Shown here: positions 1 to 8,590 of the stretch, in pieces
How the letters are laid out: each line of letters starts with the position of its first letter
How positions within the stretch are numbered: the first letter of the stretch is position 1
NCBI RefSeq assembly: GCF_019464535.1
Contig: NZ_CP080507.1
Span: 4,230,001 to 4,262,000 of the forward strand
DNA length: 32,000 nucleotides
Origin: Horticoccus luteus
Lineage (GTDB): Bacteria > Verrucomicrobiota > Verrucomicrobiia > Opitutales > Opitutaceae
Reading direction: 5' to 3'
Notes under the pieces: generated by a model
Seen by the model: the letters and a program-made list of their open reading frames with translations, nothing else
What the model was told of the DNA's origin: nothing
Database searches by the model: none
Program-made: the position numbers and the translations under genes

Positions 1-386
1 GTATCGCGCCAGCGGGCGTCGCCCTCCCAATTCGGGCCGTCGAGATAAGGCGTGAGATCGACGACTTTATCCGCGCGCACCAGCGCCGGCAGCAGAAGGT
101 CGCGCGGCAGCGTGGCGTCCGGCAGGTCGCCATCGATCAAGCGCACGCGCACCTGGTCCGTGATGCGGGGGTCGCCGTAGAGTTCGATCGTCACACCCGG
201 GCGTTCCGTTTCGAACGCGCGCGCCGTTTCCTGATAAAAGGAAATCCCGTAGCCACCGGCGAAGACGGGGATGTCGAGCGTCGTCGCGTGCGCGCTCACC
301 CGCAGCAGCGCCACGCTCAGGAGTGCCGTCGCCAGCGCTGCGCGCCAAACGCGTCCGCTATTAAAAAAGTGCCCGCGGCGGCTCAC
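1..386 (-). CDS. ABC transporter extracellular solute-binding protein, N-terminal part (gene continues past window start)
   Basis: Not in the ORF track because it is open at the window edge. GTG at 386..384 lies 4 nt after the ilvA stop. Own translation: MSRRGHFFNSGRVWRAALATALLSVALLRVSAHATTLDIPVFAGGYGISFYQETARAFETERPGVTIELYGDPRITDQVRVRLIDGDLPDATLPRD... It shows a signal peptide followed by the typical family-1 SBP opening (FAGGYG..F...A.AFE...PGV.I). The listed 67..348 ORF is a different, Arg/Gly-rich frame of the same DNA. Confidence 0.5.
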   Translation of the reverse strand, partial: MSRRGHFFNSGRVWRAALATALLSVALLRVSAHATTLDIPVFAGGYGISFYQETARAFETERPGVTIELYGDPRITDQVRVRLIDGDLPDATLPRDLLLPALVRADKVVDLTPYLDGPNWEGDARWRD

Positions 387-390
387 GCGT

Positions 391-1608
391 TCAGGCGACG
401 ACGACCAAGGGAAAACCGGCCTTCTTCAATGCCCGGTGCAATTCCTTGATGTGAGCGTGATCGCGCGTTTCGACCGTGCACACCGCATGCACGGCGCTCA
501 CGTCAGGGCCGCTGAAGGCGCGGTCGTGCGCGATGTCTTTCACGCTGGCGCCGCTCGCGGCGATCACGCGGCACAATTCCGCCAGGCCGCCGGGGCGATC
601 GCTGATCTTCGCGGTGAAGCGGGTGAGGCGGCCATCGTGCACGAGGCCTTTCTCGATCACGCGGCTCAGGATCGCTGGATCGATATTGCCGCCGCTCACG
701 ACCAGCACGACGCGTCGCTCGGCAAGCTCCGGCAGCACGCCGGCCATGAGCGCGGCGAGCGGGGCCGCCGCGGCGCCTTCGACCACGATTTTATCGAGCT
801 CGATCATCCGCAAGATCGCGAGGGCGATCCAGCTCTCGTCGACCCGCACCACTTTATCCAACAGTGGTCGCGCCAGCTCGAACGAACCATCGCCCACCCG
901 CAAAACCGCCAGGCCATCCGCGAGAGTGGGCGCGCGCGGAATCGAGACGGGATGTTGCGCCTGCAACGCTGCGGTGAAACTCGCGGTGGCGACGCTTTCG
1001 ACGCCGATGATCTGCACCTTGGGTCGCAACGCTTTCACGGCAATGGCGATGCCTGCGATCAAGCCCGCGCCGCCGATCGGGCAGACGATCGCTTCTACGT
1101 CGGGGACTTGCCGCAGAATCTCCAATCCCATCGTCCCCTGTCCGGCGATGATGCCCGGGTTGTCGAAACCATGCACGTAGGTGAGATGTTCGTCTGCCAC
1201 GAGGCGGTCCGCCTCCAGCCGAGCCTCGGCGAAATCGCGGCCGTGGATGAGCACGCGGGCGCCGAGCCGGCGGCACGTGGTGATTTTAATCAACGGCGCG
1301 TAGTCGGGCATCACGACCGTCACAGGCACGCCGAGAAGTTTTCCGTGATACGCGAGCCCGAGCGCGTGGTTGCCCGCACTCGCCGCGATCACGCCGCGGC
1401 GCTTCTGCGCGGGCGACAAAAGCAGCAGGGCGTTGCGGGCGCCGCGCTCTTTGAAGGAGCCCGTGCGCTGCAGGTTGTCGAGTTTGCAGAAAATGCGCGC
1501 GCCGGTGATTTCGGAGAGCGGGATCGACTCGGGGCAAGGCGACACGACCACGCCTTTCGCAATGCGGCGGGCGGCGGCCCTGATATCCGACAAGGTGACG
1601 ACGGCCAT
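391..1608 (-). CDS. ilvA: Threonine ammonia-lyase (threonine dehydratase), PLP-dependent, with one C-terminal ACT-like domain
   Basis: PLP-lysine motif GSFKERGA, glycine loop SAGNHA, and a C-terminal regulatory domain (GRLTRFTAKISDRPGGLAEL...). The ORF track extends to 1779. I trim to ATG 1608 (MAVVTLSDIRAAARRI), which gives the usual ~405 aa; the upstream 57 codons are Arg/Pro-rich and overlap the divergent gene. Confidence 0.88.
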   Translation of the reverse strand: MAVVTLSDIRAAARRIAKGVVVSPCPESIPLSEITGARIFCKLDNLQRTGSFKERGARNALLLLSPAQKRRGVIAASAGNHALGLAYHGKLLGVPVTVVMPDYAPLIKITTCRRLGARVLIHGRDFAEARLEADRLVADEHLTYVHGFDNPGIIAGQGTMGLEILRQVPDVEAIVCPIGGAGLIAGIAIAVKALRPKVQIIGVESVATASFTAALQAQHPVSIPRAPTLADGLAVLRVGDGSFELARPLLDKVVRVDESWIALAILRMIELDKIVVEGAAAAPLAALMAGVLPELAERRVVLVVSGGNIDPAILSRVIEKGLVHDGRLTRFTAKISDRPGGLAELCRVIAASGASVKDIAHDRAFSGPDVSAVHAVCTVETRDHAHIKELHRALKKAGFPLVVVA

Positions 1609-1743
1609 GGCAGGCACCGTGACCCGGCGGCGCGGTGATGGGAATGCGAAAGATGCGGGGCGAGCCCGGCGCGAAGTCTCGCGTTGCATGTCGAAGGCCG
1701 CGGGCCGACCATGCCACGCAAAATTAGCCTCGGCCGTCCACTC

Positions 1744-2094
1744 ATGTATCAGGTTACGTTTTCCGAACAGAGCATCCACGAGCTAAACCAGCTCGATAAA
1801 TTCACGCAGCTCGACGTGATCGGCCCGATCAGCAGCCTGAAGCCGGCGGATCTGGCGCATCCGCGGGAACCGCTCGGACGGTTCAAGCGCGGCGAGCAGG
1901 TTTTTTACCGGCTGCGCGCCAACGATCACCGGTTTTATTTCGAGGTGACGGGCGAGACGTTGCACGTGCGTTACATCCTGCACCGCAATTCGCTGGAAGA
2001 CTTTCTCCTGCGCAACAAACTTCCGGTCACGGAACAGCAGCTTGTGGAGCAACACTCCAAGTTCTGGAAATATCTTGAGAGTCTTACGCGTTAA
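1744..2094 (+). CDS. RelE/ParE-fold toxin-like protein with no visible antitoxin partner
   Basis: MYQVTFSEQSIHELNQL...FYRLRANDHRFYFEVTGETLHVRYILHRNS matches the RelE/ParE pattern (Y.v.fs..a..dl..L ... yRlRvGdyRiiY.v.....i.i..i.hR). Start ATG 1744 is chosen from the family N-terminus; ATG 1711 or TTG 1684 are alternatives. It ends 14 nt before pssA. Confidence 0.55.
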   Translation: MYQVTFSEQSIHELNQLDKFTQLDVIGPISSLKPADLAHPREPLGRFKRGEQVFYRLRANDHRFYFEVTGETLHVRYILHRNSLEDFLLRNKLPVTEQQLVEQHSKFWKYLESLTR

Positions 2095-2108
2095 CCCCCG
2101 AAGCCATC

Positions 2109-2996
2109 ATGGACTTTGAGCAACGGCTGAAAAGCGACCCCAACGACCCGGACAATCCTTACAACGTCACCCAGGCGAGCCGGATTTATTTCCTGCCGAA
2201 TCTGATGACGGCGGGGAATTTGTTCTGCGGTTTCATGGCGATCATCAACTGCATCCAGGCGCGGCTCGCAGAGCTGGCGCCGGAAGGCACTTACCTCAGC
2301 CGCAATCCCTCCGAGCATTATCACTACGCAGTCTGGTTCATCCTGGGCGCCGCGGCGTTCGACATGCTCGATGGGCGGCTCGCGCGGATGGGGGGACGCG
2401 AATCGCTGTTCGGTGCAGAGTTCGATTCGATCGCGGACATCGTCTCGTTCGGCCTCGCGCCCGCGTTGCTGATGTTTTTCCTGATCTTGTCGCCCAGCCA
2501 GGGCATCCTTTGGTTTCGCAACATCGGCTGGTTCGTCGGATTTATTTACCTGCTCTGCGCAGGTATCCGACTGGCGCGGTTCAATGTGATCACTAATCCG
2601 CTGCTCCATCGCGATGCGAAGGAGTCGAGCAAGGATTTCCTTGGGCTGCCCGTCCCGGCGGCGGCCGGCACGGTGGCGACGCTCGTGCTCTTCCTTTTGC
2701 AGCTCGCGGCGCAAGACAAGACGCTGAACAAGTTCGCCCTGGCCCTCCCCTTTCTGATGTTCCTCATCTCGGTCTTGATGGTGAGCACGGTGCGCTACCC
2801 GAGCGGGAAGAAAATGGATCTGCAGACGAAGACGAATCTGCGCACGTTTTTGATGGTGCTCATCATCCTGGGCTTGGTGGTGGCGCTGAAAGAGATCGCC
2901 CTGTTGGTGATTTGCCTGAGCTACATTTTCTACGGCCTCTTCCGCCATTTGCGACGGGGAAGGCGGCGGGCGGCGCCGGTTCGGAATTCAGTGTGA
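2109..2996 (+). CDS. pssA: CDP-diacylglycerol--serine O-phosphatidyltransferase (CDP-alcohol phosphatidyltransferase family)
   Basis: CDP-alcohol transferase motif DMLDGRLARMGGRESLFGAEFDSIADIVSFG (D-G-x2-A-R-x8-G-x3-D-x3-D). Multi-pass membrane protein with N-terminal LPNLMTAGNLFCGF, typical of bacterial type II PssA. Confidence 0.88.
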   Translation: MDFEQRLKSDPNDPDNPYNVTQASRIYFLPNLMTAGNLFCGFMAIINCIQARLAELAPEGTYLSRNPSEHYHYAVWFILGAAAFDMLDGRLARMGGRESLFGAEFDSIADIVSFGLAPALLMFFLILSPSQGILWFRNIGWFVGFIYLLCAGIRLARFNVITNPLLHRDAKESSKDFLGLPVPAAAGTVATLVLFLLQLAAQDKTLNKFALALPFLMFLISVLMVSTVRYPSGKKMDLQTKTNLRTFLMVLIILGLVVALKEIALLVICLSYIFYGLFRHLRRGRRRAAPVRNSV

Positions 2997-3221
2997 ACAG
3001 GATGTCGGCAGTTTCCCAGCAAATGGCGGGGTGCGAATAAGTGGGCCGTTGCTGGGCGGTTGCTGGAAGTTTTTCACGCCGCTTTTTCGCCTTCCTTCCC
3101 GAGGAGAAACACGGTGTTGCTGCAGTTGTTCGCACCCCATAATAAGACTGCTGTAATTCCTTATTGAGTCCGTATTCCTTTAGCCTTTGTTAACTCTTTT
3201 TGCAGGACCCCGCTTCGCCTC

Positions 3222-4346
3222 ATGAAATTCAAAATTAATCGCGACCATTTTGCCAACGGCCTGGCGCAGGTGCTCAACGTGGTCGGCTCCAAGGCCACCA
3301 TGCCGATCTTAAGCAACGTGCTGATCGAGGCGGAAAAAGATCAGATCTCCCTCACCACCACCAATCTCGACCTCGGTATTCGTTGCCGCATCAAAGCCGA
3401 GGTGAAGGAAAGTGGCTCTGTGACGCTGCCCGTGAAGCGGTTGGCCACCATTGTGCGCGAGTTGCCCAATGTGGATGTGACACTTGACGCGTCACCGAAT
3501 CATCAGGTGAAGCTGACTTCCGGCGGCTCCAATTTCCGGATCATGGGCATCGGCAAGGAAGAGTTCCCGCCGCTACCCGAGACCGGTGACGAAAAGGCGT
3601 GCTCGCTGGAGCAAACGGAGCTGTTGACGATGTTGCGCAGCGTCAGCTACGCGCAGTCGAGCGACGAAACGCGCTACATCCTGAACGGTGTTTATTTCAA
3701 TTTCCGCGATGGGAAACTCTCGCTCGTGGCGACGGATGGCCGGCGGCTGGCTGTGACCGCGAAAGAAATGGATATCCCGACCGAGAATGCGGGTGCCATT
3801 ATCCTGCCGGCGAAGACCGTCGGCGAGCTCTCACGCCTCTTGGAAAAGGGCGAAAAAGTGCAGATCAGCTTCACCGAACGGAAGTGCTCGTTCCAAATTG
3901 CGACGGACAAGGATTCCAGCGGGCTCGTGGACAACGTCTATCTCTACTCGAAAGTCGTTGAGGGTAACTATCCTAACTACCAGCAGGTTATTCCGAAAGA
4001 GACGCATCAGCGTATCAAATTGGAACGGGAGCTGTTCCAGCAATGCGTGCATCGCGCAGCGTTGGTGTGCTCCGAAAAGGCGAACTCGGTAAAGATCAAG
4101 CTTTCCACCAATCTCCTCGAAATCACGGCGCAGAGCCCGGATTTCGGCGAGGCACACGAGTCGATGGCGATCGGTTACAGCGGGCCGGAGTTGCAGGTGG
4201 CGTTTAATCCGCAGTTTCTGATGGATCCGTTGCGCGCGCTGACGAAAGACGAAGTTTACTTCGAGGTGAAGGACGAGGTGAGCCCGGGCGTCTTCAAGAC
4301 GTTGGAGAATTTTGTCTGCGTGATCATGCCCGTCCGGTTGAGCTGA
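3222..4346 (+). CDS. dnaN: DNA polymerase III beta sliding clamp
   Basis: 374 aa. [51 protein letters not shown] is the canonical DnaN N-terminus, with three-domain length and C-terminal ...[10 protein letters not shown]. Confidence 0.95.
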
Positions 4347-4414
4347 CGGGATAGTGCGATAGTTTGCTTCGTGTCACCGGCAGCTCCGCGGCCGGTTCGC
4401 CGAGCGTTGTCTCT

Positions 4415-5290
4415 ATGCTTTCCTCCTATTTTATTCTTGGCGCGATCATTCTCTCGCTCGTCTTGATGCAAGTGAATCAACGGCTCGCGTCGCCGGCGTT
4501 GGCGATTCTGGAGCGGTGGCTGCGTTGGCTGATCTTTGCCGCCGGCGGGGCGCGGATCTGCGTGGATCTCGGCTGGATTGATCGTCCGTTTTGGACGCTG
4601 GCGATTGTCTTTTTTCTCTTTTGGCTGTTGGGGCAGACGCTCTATAACTGGCTTGGCATCCACGCGTTGAGTGTGAGTCCCCTCCCCTTGTTTCCTCGTT
4701 ACTCGGCGAACCAAAGTGGCGAGGAATGGCCGGTCCAACCGCGGCTCCTGCGGATTCGTGATTGGCTGCGCGCCAATGGCTTCAAGCAGGTTCAGGCCTT
4801 GCGCGCGGAAGTTGGCGGGGGAATTTATTTGCGCGTTTCCGTTTATCAGGACGCCGAGGCCAAGGTGCGTGTGCAGGTCACGTTTCTTCCTTTGGCCAAT
4901 GGAGCAATTTCAGTGTGCTATGCGCTGACCTCCGTGACCGCCCAAGGCAGCCGGTTCGTGACCGACAATCTCTACATCCCGTTTGGCGGGTTTTATCCGG
5001 AGGACTGGTTTGTGGAGCGGCATCCGTTGTGGCGTTCGCTGGCGCACCTCGTGGCCCGTCACCAGCGCCGCGTCGCGGCTTCGGCCGAGGTGGCTGTGCC
5101 GTTTACGAATGATCCGGCGGCGGATCTCAATGCGTCGCAGCACGAGCTGGATGCGTTGAACACGGAGCTGGGATTTTTGCACTCCCCGGGCGAGCGGGAG
5201 GAACGGGGCAAGATCACCTACGAAGGGCGCTATCGGATTTGGAAGGAGATTTGGCTGCTGAATTATTTCGGCATCGCGGGCCGCTACTGA
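4415..5290 (+). CDS. Hypothetical membrane protein (about 3 N-terminal TM helices plus a ~190-aa soluble C-terminal domain)
   Basis: Coding-like GC3 bias. Hydrophobic segments include SYFILGAIILSLVLM, WLIFAAGGARICV and FWTLAIVFFLFWLLGQ. I recognise no family motif. Start is uncertain (ATG 4415 versus TTG 4364). Confidence 0.55.
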   Translation: MLSSYFILGAIILSLVLMQVNQRLASPALAILERWLRWLIFAAGGARICVDLGWIDRPFWTLAIVFFLFWLLGQTLYNWLGIHALSVSPLPLFPRYSANQSGEEWPVQPRLLRIRDWLRANGFKQVQALRAEVGGGIYLRVSVYQDAEAKVRVQVTFLPLANGAISVCYALTSVTAQGSRFVTDNLYIPFGGFYPEDWFVERHPLWRSLAHLVARHQRRVAASAEVAVPFTNDPAADLNASQHELDALNTELGFLHSPGEREERGKITYEGRYRIWKEIWLLNYFGIAGRY

Positions 5291-5362
5291 GTGAGGCTGG
5301 CGCGAAGGTCGGCCGAGACATTCTTTTTGCGTTGGACGGGGAGCCTGTTTCCGTGGGGCCGA

Positions 5363-6715
5363 ATGAACCCGGATCGGGACACCATCGCCGCGTTGGCAAC
5401 ACCCGTCGGCACCTCGGCCGTAGCCGTCGTGCGCGCGAGTGGCCCGGCGTGCAGGGATTTGGCGGCGCAGCTCGCGCGGCAAAGCGTGGTTCCGCGTCGG
5501 GCGGTGTATTGCGACTATCTCGGGTGTGGCGGAGCGCTGGTGGACGATGTGTTGCTCACCTATTTCCAAGGCCCCCACTCCTACACGGGTGAGGATTCGC
5601 TGGAGATTTCGTGTCACGGCAACCCGTTCATCGCCCAACGCATCGTCGAAGATTTGCTGGCGCGTGGTTGTCGGAGTGCTCAAGCGGGCGAATTCACGCA
5701 ACGTGCCTTTCTCAATGGCCGACTGGATCTGTCGCAGGCGGAGGCGGTGATGGATGTGATTCGGGCGCGAAGCGAGCGGGCGTTGAACTCGGCGCAACGT
5801 CAATTGCGCGGAGCGCTGGGGGCGCGGATGGAGGCAATGATCGAGCGGTTGGTTTCGTTATTGGCGCGCGTGGAGGCTTATATCGATTTTCCCGAGGAAG
5901 ACTTGCCGCCCGAGGATCGCGGTTGGCTGGAGGGAGAAATAGAGCGCCTCGGGAGCGAGACGCGGCAATTGCGGGCGACAAGTCGCTATGGCGACATTCT
6001 CCGCGATGGATTGAAGACCGTGATTGTTGGACGCACGAACGCTGGTAAGAGCTCACTCCTCAATCGTTTAGTCGGAAGTGAGCGGGCGATTGTGAGCGCC
6101 GAACCCGGCACAACCCGCGATTTCATTGAGGAGTGCATCGTGGTGGGTCCGCATTGTTTACGACTGATTGATACGGCGGGCTTTAATACTGAGGCGACGG
6201 GAGTTGAAAGGCTGGGAATTGAGCGGACTAGGAAATTGGCGGAGCGAGCCGATTTGGTCCTTCGCGTGATCGATATCACCCGTTGGGAGGACGTCGCGGG
6301 CGATTTGGCGGAATATGCTGACGAGCCCGCCACAATGATAGTTGTTTGCAATAAAGCAGACCTGGCAACGCCTCTTCAGCGACAAGGTGCCGTTGCGGCA
6401 GGGGCTTGCGTGGTTTCGGCCGCCACCGGTGAGGGCCTCGACGATCTCTCGGGGGCCATTGCGCGCTTTGCCGATGGATTTAAGCCCCGTGACAACGAGG
6501 ATGAAATCGCGATCAATGCGCGCCATGCCGAGGCTTTGGCGCGAGCGCAGGAAGGCCTCGCTGCGGCCGGAGATAAATTGCGCTCGGGCGTCGCGGTCGA
6601 ACTCGTTGCCAGCGATCTGCGTGAAGTGCTCGCCGCCTACGGTGACATCGGAGGTCGCATCGACAACGAACGCGTGCTCGATAGCCTTTTCGCGTCGTTT
6701 TGCATAGGTAAGTAG
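5363..6715 (+). CDS. mnmE: tRNA modification GTPase MnmE
   Basis: N-terminal DTIAALATPVG.SAVAVVRASG, G-domain GRTNAGKSSLLN / DTAG / NKADL, and the invariant C-terminal FCIGK. Start trimmed to ATG 5363 (MNPDRDTIAAL). Confidence 0.95.
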   Translation: MNPDRDTIAALATPVGTSAVAVVRASGPACRDLAAQLARQSVVPRRAVYCDYLGCGGALVDDVLLTYFQGPHSYTGEDSLEISCHGNPFIAQRIVEDLLARGCRSAQAGEFTQRAFLNGRLDLSQAEAVMDVIRARSERALNSAQRQLRGALGARMEAMIERLVSLLARVEAYIDFPEEDLPPEDRGWLEGEIERLGSETRQLRATSRYGDILRDGLKTVIVGRTNAGKSSLLNRLVGSERAIVSAEPGTTRDFIEECIVVGPHCLRLIDTAGFNTEATGVERLGIERTRKLAERADLVLRVIDITRWEDVAGDLAEYADEPATMIVVCNKADLATPLQRQGAVAAGACVVSAATGEGLDDLSGAIARFADGFKPRDNEDEIAINARHAEALARAQEGLAAAGDKLRSGVAVELVASDLREVLAAYGDIGGRIDNERVLDSLFASFCIGK

Positions 6716-6730
6716 TTATAAAAAAACAGG

Positions 6731-8590
6731 ATGCAAGTTTTTGATGTGATTGTTTGCGGAGCGGGGCATGCCGGGGTTGAAGCGGCGCTGGCGGCTGCAC
6801 GGATGGGCGCCTCTACCCTACTTCTCACCGGAAATCTGGATACTATTGCGCAGATGAGCTGTAACCCGGCGATCGGCGGCCAGGCGAAAGGCCAGATCGT
6901 CCGGGAGATCGACGCGCTGGGCGGGGAAATGGCCATCAACACGGACGTGACAGGAATCCAGTTTCGCCTGCTCAACGAGTCCAAAGGCCCGGCGGTGCAA
7001 TCCCCGCGCGCGCAATGCGACAAGAAGGCATATCAACTTCGAATGAAACACACGTTGGAGCTCCAGCCCAACTTGCATTTGTTCCAAGCCTTGGTGACTG
7101 GGCTCATTTTCAAAGATGGAAAAGTCTTCGGTTGTCGGACCAATTTGGAGCTCGATTTTTACGGACGGAGTGTGGTGGTCACGACCGGGACGTTCTTGCG
7201 CGGGTTGATGCATATTGGAACGAACAAGAATGAAGGGGGGCGCTTGGGCGACTTTAGCGCCAAGACGCTGTCCGCGAGCTTTCTGGAGGCCGGGATTGAG
7301 CTCCAACGCCTCAAAACCGGGACCCCGCCGCGCTTGTTGGGCCGCAGCTTGAATTTCGCCGCGATGCAAGAGCAGCGCGGCGATCTAGCGCCGACCCTGT
7401 TTGCATTTCACGACACCCGCGATCCCGAGGGATTGTTCCACGTGGAACAATCCGGCGAGGATCGGTTGGGATGGACGCCGGGATCAGCTCAAATCTCGTG
7501 CTGGATGACCCACACGACCGAGAAAACGGCCGAGCTGGTGCGCGAAAACCTCCATCTCTCGGCGATGTATAGCGGCGAGATCGAGGGCGTGGGTCCACGC
7601 TATTGCCCCAGCATCGAAGACAAATTCGTCCGCTTCGCCGATAAGCCCCGCCATTTGCTCTTCCTTGAGCCGGAGGGCCGCACCACCAACGAATACTACG
7701 TCAACGGGCTTTCGACCTCATTACCGTTTTCCGTTCAACAAAGGATGGTCAACAGCGTCCCCGGTTTGGAGCGCGCCGAGATTCTTCGGCCCGCTTACGC
7801 GGTGGAATACGATTTCGCTCCTCCCACCCAGCTTTTGCCGAGTCTGGAATCGAAGAAGGTCGAGAATCTCTTTTTTGCGGGACAAATCAACGGCACGTCG
7901 GGGTATGAGGAGGCGGCAGGGCAAGGTCTTATTGCGGGAGTCAATGCCGTGAACAAGGTCCGAGGCGCCACGCCGTTAATCCTTGGTCGCCATGAGGCTT
8001 ACATTGGCGTCTTGATCGACGATCTCGTGACCAAAGGCACTCTTGAGCCCTATCGGATGTTCACCAGTCGGGCGGAGCATCGGTTGTTATTTAACCACGG
8101 GAGCGCCGAATTAAGGCTGATCCATCACGCCGAAAATCATCAGCTTCTCCCCTCGACACGACTGGCGCGTATACGGTCCAAGCAAGAAACCATTGAAGCC
8201 TGGGTGAAGCGCTTGGAAGGGGAGGCGGGCCCCCAAGGCCGATGGGGCGAAATGCTGCGGCGTGGAGCGTCCCTCGAGGAATTGCCGGCAGAGTTCCAAA
8301 GCCAGTCGTCGGCGGTGCGTGACGAAGTGCTCTATCGCATTCGCTATCAGGGGTATCTCGCCCGCGAAGCCCGCCAAGTGGATAAATTATCTCAAGTCGA
8401 ACGAGTCGCTATCCCATCCGCGTTAAGCTATCGCGACATAAAGGGGTTACGCAGCGAGGCCGCGCTTAAGCTGTCTGAGATCAAGCCAATCACCCTCGGC
8501 CAAGCAAGTCGGGTAAGTGGTGTTAACCCAGCGGACATCAACGTGTTAATGATAGCCATCGAAGCATTGCGACGGAGGAATTCCGCTTGA
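6731..8590 (+). CDS. mnmG: tRNA uridine 5-carboxymethylaminomethyl modification enzyme MnmG (GidA)
   Basis: FAD fold FDVIVCGAGHAGVEAALAAARMG, SCNPAIGG.AKG, GPRYCPSIEDK, FFAGQINGT.GYEEAA. 619 aa. Confidence 0.97.
   Translation: MQVFDVIVCGAGHAGVEAALAAARMGASTLLLTGNLDTIAQMSCNPAIGGQAKGQIVREIDALGGEMAINTDVTGIQFRLLNESKGPAVQSPRAQCDKKAYQLRMKHTLELQPNLHLFQALVTGLIFKDGKVFGCRTNLELDFYGRSVVVTTGTFLRGLMHIGTNKNEGGRLGDFSAKTLSASFLEAGIELQRLKTGTPPRLLGRSLNFAAMQEQRGDLAPTLFAFHDTRDPEGLFHVEQSGEDRLGWTPGSAQISCWMTHTTEKTAELVRENLHLSAMYSGEIEGVGPRYCPSIEDKFVRFADKPRHLLFLEPEGRTTNEYYVNGLSTSLPFSVQQRMVNSVPGLERAEILRPAYAVEYDFAPPTQLLPSLESKKVENLFFAGQINGTSGYEEAAGQGLIAGVNAVNKVRGATPLILGRHEAYIGVLIDDLVTKGTLEPYRMFTSRAEHRLLFNHGSAELRLIHHAENHQLLPSTRLARIRSKQETIEAWVKRLEGEAGPQGRWGEMLRRGASLEELPAEFQSQSSAVRDEVLYRIRYQGYLAREARQVDKLSQVERVAIPSALSYRDIKGLRSEAALKLSEIKPITLGQASRVSGVNPADINVLMIAIEALRRRNSA

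Noticed and set aside
67-348. 93-aa - strand ORF from the track
   Set aside because: It is Arg/Gly/Ala-rich nonsense. A different frame on the same strand reads as a signal peptide plus a solute-binding-protein N-terminus and links to the ilvA stop with a 4-nt gap.
271-1638. 455-aa + strand ORF (and nested ORFs 476..1180, 854..1276, 1286..1717, 1389..1745)
   Set aside because: It is antisense or out of frame to a clearly recognisable ilvA. The composition is Arg/Ala/Gly/His-rich with no motifs, which is typical of a high-GC shadow ORF.
1609-1743. Possible antitoxin ORF upstream of the RelE/ParE-like gene
   Set aside because: The only open frame is a 29-codon Arg-rich peptide (ATG 1638) with no DNA-binding or antitoxin-like features. 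I treat it as non-coding promoter space.
1609-1779. 57-codon N-terminal extension of the ilvA ORF
   Set aside because: The extension is Arg/Pro-rich and overlaps the divergent RelE-like gene. ATG 1608 gives a canonical threonine dehydratase N-terminus and length.
2091-2948. 285-aa - strand ORF
   Set aside because: It is antisense to pssA. The His/Arg/Gln/Glu-rich low-complexity translation is a shadow ORF.
2997-3221. Replication origin next to dnaN
   Set aside because: There are no clustered DnaA boxes. The nearest TTATCC-type strings in the window (for example about 8969 and 9921) are inside coding regions and mismatch the consensus, and dnaA itself is absent from the window.
4910-5803. 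297-aa - strand ORF spanning the hypothetical/mnmE junction
   Set aside because: It is antisense to two well-supported + strand genes and has an Arg-rich composition.
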